Origin: Fidelibacterota bacterium
GTDB taxonomy: Bacteria; Fidelibacterota; UBA8477; JABMPR01
Length of the DNA stretch: 64,000 nt
Assembly (NCBI GenBank): GCA_024278595.1
Contig: JAJRSW010000002.1
Location: 11,945-75,944 of the forward strand
Direction: 5' to 3'
Every line of letters starts with the position of its first letter. Positions within the stretch are counted from its first letter, which is position 1. The position numbers were made by a program, and so were the translations under genes. Under the pieces are notes generated by a model. It worked only from the letters and a program-made list of their open reading frames with translations. It had not been told where the DNA came from and did no database searches. Of this stretch, positions 58,103 to 64,000 are shown one piece after another.

Positions 58103-61100
58103 ATGAATTCAGTGTTAGTGAATCCTTACAGATCAATTCTGAAAGTATTATTATTCAGCCTAATATTAAGTAGTGTTTATGCTGGTACCACGGGGAAGAT
58201 CTCTGGAAAAGTAAGCGATGCAGAGACTGGCATGGGCCTGCCTGGCGTCAATGTTATCATCGAAAACAGTAGCTTGGGTGCTTCCACTGATGCTGACGGA
58301 ATCTATTTTATTATTAACATACCAGTCGGTACCTATTCAGTTAGAACCGGGATGATTGGCTATACCACAATGATCATGACCGATGTAGCCGTACGGGGGG
58401 ATCTTACCACCGAGATCGATTTCGCCATGAGCGTTAAAGTGCTGGAATCCGACCAGGAAGTGATCGTGGTTGCTGAAAGACCCATGGTCCAGAAGGACCT
58501 GACCTCGGGTCGCGCAATTATCAGTGCTGAAGAAATGAAGGCAATGCCGGTTGAATCCCTGGCCGGTGTAATTTCCACCAAGGCTGGAATTGTTTCCGAC
58601 CCCAATGGAGCGATCCATATTCGAGGTGGGCGTTCAAGTGAGGTAACCTACATGATCGATGGAGTACCGGTTACCAATCTTTCTTCTGGAGGCCTGGGAG
58701 TTGGTCTCGAAACCAACGCAGTGCAGGAGTTACAGATCCTCAGTGGTACTTTTAATGCGGAATACGGCCAGGCCATGTCTGGTATTATCAATATTGTGAC
58801 CAAGGAAGGTGGCTCAAAATATACCGGGAGTCTCAGTGCTTACCTGGGAGACTACTACACCGAGAACACCCGCTTCTTTGAATACGCCAATGAATTTGAT
58901 CTGATGAACATCAAAAATATGGATGCCAGTCTTTCCGGACCCGTGCCTGGATTTGGCCGAAATCTGACCTTTTTTGCCAGTGGTCGTCTCTATGATTATG
59001 GTGGTCTGTATCGCGGCGTTCGTGAACATATCCCAAATGATGTTAACTATATGACCTCCAAAGCCGTGGAAGAACTGCGCGACTCACCCTGGGGTCGGGC
59101 CGGTCTGCTGAACTTTGCTGAACCCTTCGAAGACCTGGATGGTGATGGACTGTTGGCACCTGGTAGTGAATCCTATATCGATTTTGATGGCAACGGATCA
59201 TATACTGCCGGAGAACCTTTTCGGGATGTCAATGGCAATAATCGCTACGAACACATGCAGGATCTTAATGGCAATGGCTACCTGGATAATGAAGATCTTG
59301 AATTTATCGATCTGAATGGAGATGGTGTTTTAAACGGAGATCCCTTTTATGATACCAACTTCAATGGGGTGCTGGATGGAGAGCCCTATATAGATTTTAA
59401 TAATAATAATGAGTGGGATAGTGGTGCCGGTGGTGATGGGAACGTGGTGCGCCTGAATACATCGAAGCGCTATAACGGCATGCTGAAATTGACCTGGAAG
59501 ATCACCCCGAAAATGAAGCTCAATACCAGTATCATTCACAATGCAGCAGAATCAGTGAGCTACCGCCTAGCCTACAAATACAATCCTGATGGACGTCCCA
59601 CCAATCAATCCACCTCCACATCTGTGATCATGGATTTCAGACACTCCCTGAACGAACGCATGTTTTATAACATTAAGGGATCCTTCTATCAGACCACTGC
59701 TAAAACCTTCTATCTTGATAAAGACCCGGATGAGTTGAGTGAGACCATCAATTTACAGTACAACGGTAGCAGCCAACTGGCCCAACTTTCTCAGAACTTG
59801 AAAGCCGCTGCAGCTGATGATCAAAGTGGTTACGGAATGGGCAGCTATTACGGGGATGTGAGTGACTCACTTTTGATCCTGAACAGTCGGATCTCGCTCT
59901 CACTCATCGATACCATCGAATTTTCCGGATATAAATTTGCCACCGAAGATCTGTTCGGGACGAGTGAACCCTCATTTGAGATCACCAATACCTGGGAAGA
60001 ATCTGCTGCGCTGGCTTGGGCAAGTTATATTGATAGTGGCTGGGTCGTATCAGCTGGACTGGACATCGTGGTCAGTGACCTGACCGGTGGCTATTTTCTA
60101 CCGAACTCGGTCTCCGAGGTACCTGATAACGAATATTATGGTGGTGGTCATACCCACAGCTACTCCCAACGGATCAACCAAACCTACCTCATGAGTGGCG
60201 CCTTGACCTGGCAAATGAACAATACCCATCAGTTCAAAGCCGGTGCTGGCTTTAAAACCCATATTATGGATTACAAAGCCTATACCGTATTTGTGCAGCA
60301 AAGTCAGGATTGGATACCATCCATAAAAAGCACCTCCAGCGCCGCTAATGATTCTTATGATAACTGGTTAACTGAAGCAGTCTCAAAATTATCACTTTCC
60401 ACCAGAAACCCAAGAGAGGCCTACCTGTATGTACAGGATAAGATCGAATTGACCGATATGATCGTCAATATGGGTTTCCGATATGATTATTTTGACCCGA
60501 ATTATTTTGTTCCCTCTGACTACCGTGATCCCGAAAATCCAAAATACTGGTTGTATACCCTGCTTAATCCAGACTCCACAGCTGTGGATACCTTTTTCCA
60601 ATTCAAAGGGGAGGTCTCTATATTTGATGAGATCCTGGATACACTGGATGCGAACGGCGAACCATGGAAGGACCATAACGATTTCTACCTGAATACCGAA
60701 GTCGTACACCAATTCTCACCCCGTTTTGGAGTGGCCTATCCCATTACAGATAAGGGAATTATTCACTTCAGTTACGGGCACTTCTTTCAGATCCCAACTT
60801 TCAGCTACCTCTATGCTAATCCGGAGATGGAGATTAGTACCGAGAGTAATGAATCCATACTGGGAAATGCTAATTTGAAACCCCAGAAGACCGTGACGTA
60901 TGAGATCGGTCTCCAACAGGAGTTGACTTCAGACCTGGGAATTGAGGTGATCGCCTTTTATAAGGATTTTTCAGGCCTCTTGAGCTCGGATCAGATCGAG
61001 AAGTACAACACCATTAACTATGTCGTCTATTCCAATCGAGACTATGGCGATAGCCGGGGAATTACCGTAGCAGTGACCAAACGGCGGACCGGACTCATAT

Positions 61101-61648
61101 CAGCTTCGGCTGATTACACCTATCTGGTGGCCCAGGGCAATGCGTCGAATCCGCTGGCACTTTTCTATGCCAATCAGAGCGACCCCCCTACAGAAGTGGT
61201 AAAACAGGTTATTCCCCTGGATTGGGATCAGACCCACACGGTGAATGTTAATCTCAGTCTGGCAGAACCGCGCAAATGGGGCGTCTCTATCCTTACCAAA
61301 TACAGTTCAGGCTTTCCCTATACACCCACCTATCAGGGTAGTTCTCTGGATAGCCCCAACTCTGACCGGAAACCAGATTATTTCAATGTTGATATAAATA
61401 TGCACAAGGATGTGATCTTCGCCGGTCTGCATTGGACCGTTTTTGCCAAGATCTATAATGCGCTTAATACCCAAAATGAACGCAGCGTATTTTCAGATAC
61501 TGGTCGTGCTACTTACTCCCTGATCCCAATCTATACACCGGATAACGGCCATATCGCTGGCAGACACTCGCTAAGTGATTATTTGACTCGTCCCAGTTAC
61601 TTCAGTAGTCCCCGACAGTTCCGTCTCGGAATCTCAACCAGCTTCTAG
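58103..61648 (+). CDS. TonB-dependent receptor C with an N-terminal CarboxypepD_reg domain and an acidic calcium-loop repeat insertion (1181 aa)
   Basis: GKISGKVSDAETGMGLPGVNVIIEN..DGIYFIINIPVG. Plug (MKAMPVESLAGVISTKAGI, IRGGRSSEVTYMIDGV, FNAEYGQAMSGIINIVTKEG). C-terminal ...LGISTSF. Confidence 0.88.
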   Translation: MNSVLVNPYRSILKVLLFSLILSSVYAGTTGKISGKVSDAETGMGLPGVNVIIENSSLGASTDADGIYFIINIPVGTYSVRTGMIGYTTMIMTDVAVRGDLTTEIDFAMSVKVLESDQEVIVVAERPMVQKDLTSGRAIISAEEMKAMPVESLAGVISTKAGIVSDPNGAIHIRGGRSSEVTYMIDGVPVTNLSSGGLGVGLETNAVQELQILSGTFNAEYGQAMSGIINIVTKEGGSKYTGSLSAYLGDYYTENTRFFEYANEFDLMNIKNMDASLSGPVPGFGRNLTFFASGRLYDYGGLYRGVREHIPNDVNYMTSKAVEELRDSPWGRAGLLNFAEPFEDLDGDGLLAPGSESYIDFDGNGSYTAGEPFRDVNGNNRYEHMQDLNGNGYLDNEDLEFIDLNGDGVLNGDPFYDTNFNGVLDGEPYIDFNNNNEWDSGAGGDGNVVRLNTSKRYNGMLKLTWKITPKMKLNTSIIHNAAESVSYRLAYKYNPDGRPTNQSTSTSVIMDFRHSLNERMFYNIKGSFYQTTAKTFYLDKDPDELSETINLQYNGSSQLAQLSQNLKAAAADDQSGYGMGSYYGDVSDSLLILNSRISLSLIDTIEFSGYKFATEDLFGTSEPSFEITNTWEESAALAWASYIDSGWVVSAGLDIVVSDLTGGYFLPNSVSEVPDNEYYGGGHTHSYSQRINQTYLMSGALTWQMNNTHQFKAGAGFKTHIMDYKAYTVFVQQSQDWIPSIKSTSSAANDSYDNWLTEAVSKLSLSTRNPREAYLYVQDKIELTDMIVNMGFRYDYFDPNYFVPSDYRDPENPKYWLYTLLNPDSTAVDTFFQFKGEVSIFDEILDTLDANGEPWKDHNDFYLNTEVVHQFSPRFGVAYPITDKGIIHFSYGHFFQIPTFSYLYANPEMEISTESNESILGNANLKPQKTVTYEIGLQQELTSDLGIEVIAFYKDFSGLLSSDQIEKYNTINYVVYSNRDYGDSRGITVAVTKRRTGLISASADYTYLVAQGNASNPLALFYANQSDPPTEVVKQVIPLDWDQTHTVNVNLSLAEPRKWGVSILTKYSSGFPYTPTYQGSSLDSPNSDRKPDYFNVDINMHKDVIFAGLHWTVFAKIYNALNTQNERSVFSDTGRATYSLIPIYTPDNGHIAGRHSLSDYLTRPSYFSSPRQFRLGISTSF

Positions 61649-61660
61649 GAAGGTGCAAGC

Positions 61661-64000
61661 ATGAAAAAGAATCTCATAATACTCGTGGCTTTCATCATCT
61701 CCCTGGGAGTGTTGAATGCGGATCAAAATAATAAACCTAAAATGCCTGAGCATAAATATGACCGTGTGGGCTGGCTGAAATACTATAATGCCCTGGAACG
61801 TCAGAATTTATTGTCCAAAGCATCCGCTTTAAGTGATCGACGTCGGGGGATGCATAATGGGAATCGGGTCCGGACCCTGTTCTACAATTACGGATCCATT
61901 GGTAAACCGGGAACTGAACCCTCAATGGAATGGCCAATTGGATCATCCCGGGGTTATGCCTATGAATTTGGTGTCATCGCCGGTGCCAAGATAACCACTT
62001 ATGGTGGCGAACTGGATGTCATCGTCAGTGACGGTTTGGTTCAGTCTGGGGTGACCTATGATGATGGTGGATTTGATGATAACAATCCCGGTGAGTGGCA
62101 ACCCCTCACAGGCTACCACGATCCCTTTCAGGAGTCCATCGCAATGAGTGATGCCGGCGATCTGGATCGCGATGGTAAACCTGATTCGTGGCCTGGAAAC
62201 TGGTATGATCCTGCTTTTGGTGATTATGTATGGCCTGGTGAATACGGTCAGGGTATTACCACGGCCGATCAGGAATCCTATTTTGTCATGGATGATTATT
62301 ATATCAAAAGCCACAACACCTTCTGGCCTGAACAGGGCTGGTCAGACTCGCTTCGTGATGATGAATTTTATCCGGCTCTGGGGATTGATACGGTTAGAGG
62401 CGGGTTGGGACTGGAAGTTGAGTCCCGGGGATATCAATGGATTGCTACCCGAGCCCAGAATGTGATCTTCTTTGTTTATGAATTAAAGAACGTCGGTACT
62501 GATACCCTCAGCAATATGTATTTCGGTAGGTACGGAGATCCCCACATCGGTGGCGGCAGTGATTACAATGATGATGACGCCTACTTTGATACCTTCATTG
62601 ATATCGTTTATGGCTGGGATGATGATGCCATTGGTGACGTCGTTTTTGGTACAACCGTGCCGGGCTTCTTTGGCTATAAGTTTTTGGAATCACCCGGTGA
62701 ACCCCGGGATGGCATCGATAATGACGAAGATGGTATGATCGATGAATCCATGCAGGATGGTATTGATAATGATGGCGACTGGCGGCCCTATTCCGATTGG
62801 AACCTCAATGGGGAATGGGATACCGGGGAACCCCTTAATGATGATCTGGGTACTGACGGTGTGGGACCGGAAGATCCCCAATATGTGGCACCGGATGCCG
62901 ATGGCTCACAGGCCAATGGATTTCCTGACGCAGGGGAACCCAATTTCGATGAGAAAGATCTGGATGAGGCAGACCAGATCGGTTTAACCGGATTTGTGGT
63001 TGAACCCTGGAGTTCAGCAACCAGAACAGAGGACTTTTATTATTCTAGTCGCTTGACTGCCGGAATTGATACAACAGATTTTCAGCAGAATACTGATAAC
63101 ATCTTTATGTACAGCTCTGGTCCCATCAAAATGGCACCCAATGATGTGAGACGTTTTTCAATTGCCATGCTTTTTGGCTATAATGTCAATCAAGCCAGTG
63201 GTGAAGACCTCTACATGGATCCACATAATGTCCGCGACCTTTATGCTACAGCAGCCATTATGCAGGAGATCTATGATGCCGGTTACCGGTTTGTCAAACC
63301 CCCCAGCAAACCGCGTTTAACGGCTGTCCCCGGTGATGGACAGGTAACTTTATATTGGGATGAAGGGGCTGAGAAGTCACGCGACCCGTTATATGGGAAC
63401 GATTTTGAAGGATACGCTATTTATCGATCGACTGATTTTGGATTTAATGAGTCCCTCACGATCACCGATACCTATGGCAGTCCCTATTTATGGAAGCCCA
63501 TCGCCAAATTCGATCTGGATAATTACATCGCGGGACCGCATCCAATTGAGCAGATCAAGGGTTCGGGCCTCCATTACGATATGGGCAACAACTCCGGTTT
63601 GGTGCACAGCTATGTGGATAAGAACCTGATCAATGGGCAACGCTATTTTTATGCGATCTGTGCTTATGATTCAGGTTCTGTAACGGATACCATTCCACCC
63701 ACAGAGACTGCCAAGACCATTCAGGAAGACTTTGCCGGTAATGTGACCCTGGACGTAAACACTGCTTCGGTAACGCCTCAAGCACCGTCCATCGGTTACA
63801 TCGCTCCCCGGATAACCAATATTACGGCTGATGCAGACCTGCCTGGTACCGGCGAGATCGAATTTAAGATCATCGATCCGACCAAGATCCCCGATGACCG
63901 GATATTAGCAGTCCGATTCATAGATTCAGGCATGGATGAGGTGGATAACGATCTGGACTGGGAGACCTATCTGGATCAGGACTTGATCCGCTTTAATGGA
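61661..64000 (+). CDS. Uncharacterised secreted partner protein C, 3'-truncated by the window edge (at least 780 aa). Distant paralog of partners A and B. This ORF is not listed in the supplied ORF track.
   Basis: I translated frame 2 codon by codon from the ATG at 61661 to 64000 and found no stop. Signal peptide MKKNLIILVAFIISLGVLNA. FN3-like PRLTAVPGDGQVTLYWDEG..FEGYAIYRS. RBS AGGAAGG upstream. Confidence 0.8.
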   Translation, partial: MKKNLIILVAFIISLGVLNADQNNKPKMPEHKYDRVGWLKYYNALERQNLLSKASALSDRRRGMHNGNRVRTLFYNYGSIGKPGTEPSMEWPIGSSRGYAYEFGVIAGAKITTYGGELDVIVSDGLVQSGVTYDDGGFDDNNPGEWQPLTGYHDPFQESIAMSDAGDLDRDGKPDSWPGNWYDPAFGDYVWPGEYGQGITTADQESYFVMDDYYIKSHNTFWPEQGWSDSLRDDEFYPALGIDTVRGGLGLEVESRGYQWIATRAQNVIFFVYELKNVGTDTLSNMYFGRYGDPHIGGGSDYNDDDAYFDTFIDIVYGWDDDAIGDVVFGTTVPGFFGYKFLESPGEPRDGIDNDEDGMIDESMQDGIDNDGDWRPYSDWNLNGEWDTGEPLNDDLGTDGVGPEDPQYVAPDADGSQANGFPDAGEPNFDEKDLDEADQIGLTGFVVEPWSSATRTEDFYYSSRLTAGIDTTDFQQNTDNIFMYSSGPIKMAPNDVRRFSIAMLFGYNVNQASGEDLYMDPHNVRDLYATAAIMQEIYDAGYRFVKPPSKPRLTAVPGDGQVTLYWDEGAEKSRDPLYGNDFEGYAIYRSTDFGFNESLTITDTYGSPYLWKPIAKFDLDNYIAGPHPIEQIKGSGLHYDMGNNSGLVHSYVDKNLINGQRYFYAICAYDSGSVTDTIPPTETAKTIQEDFAGNVTLDVNTASVTPQAPSIGYIAPRITNITADADLPGTGEIEFKIIDPTKIPDDRILAVRFIDSGMDEVDNDLDWETYLDQDLIRFNG

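Overview
The window is a gene-dense bacterial chromosomal segment of about 47% GC. About 35 confident protein genes and 2 tRNAs are supported. I found no rRNA, CRISPR array, transposase, integrase or phage gene.

**Positions 1-33935: mostly housekeeping and regulatory genes.**
- A hybrid PAS histidine kinase, an NtrC-type sigma-54 activator and a CheY-like receiver.
- An aldehyde dehydrogenase and a cold-shock protein.
- A large LVIVD-repeat protein that is type IX secretion system (T9SS) cargo.
- tRNA-Leu and tRNA-Cys, embedded in heptanucleotide tandem repeats.
- An orphan groEL with a CIRCE operator, followed by dut.
- A GH3/beta-lactamase fusion, an alternative GlmU-like gene and a ROK regulator.
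- rpsT, a Crp/Fnr regulator, a MeaB-like GTPase, tatC, a polyprenyl synthase, two ABC ATPases, a CDP-alcohol phosphatidyltransferase, ftsY, rimO and polA.

**Positions 34352-64000: the accessory-looking part.** It holds three copies of a gene pair: a CarboxypepD_reg TonB-dependent receptor followed by an uncharacterised ~700-aa secreted partner.
- In the two complete partners, an FN3-like module is followed by a divergent T9SS-like C-terminal domain.
- The pairs are interleaved with a PorV/PorQ-like barrel, two lipoproteins, three canonical T9SS-CTD cargo proteins (one is a frameshifted GHL10 hydrolase) and a polyprenol-kinase-like membrane fusion.
- No SusD homolog is recognisable, so this looks like a SusD-less, T9SS-coupled nutrient-uptake locus.

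The T9SS signatures suggest an FCB-group (Fibrobacteres-Chlorobi-Bacteroidetes) lineage, but the promoters are classical sigma-70 type. The exact taxon cannot be assigned from sequence alone.
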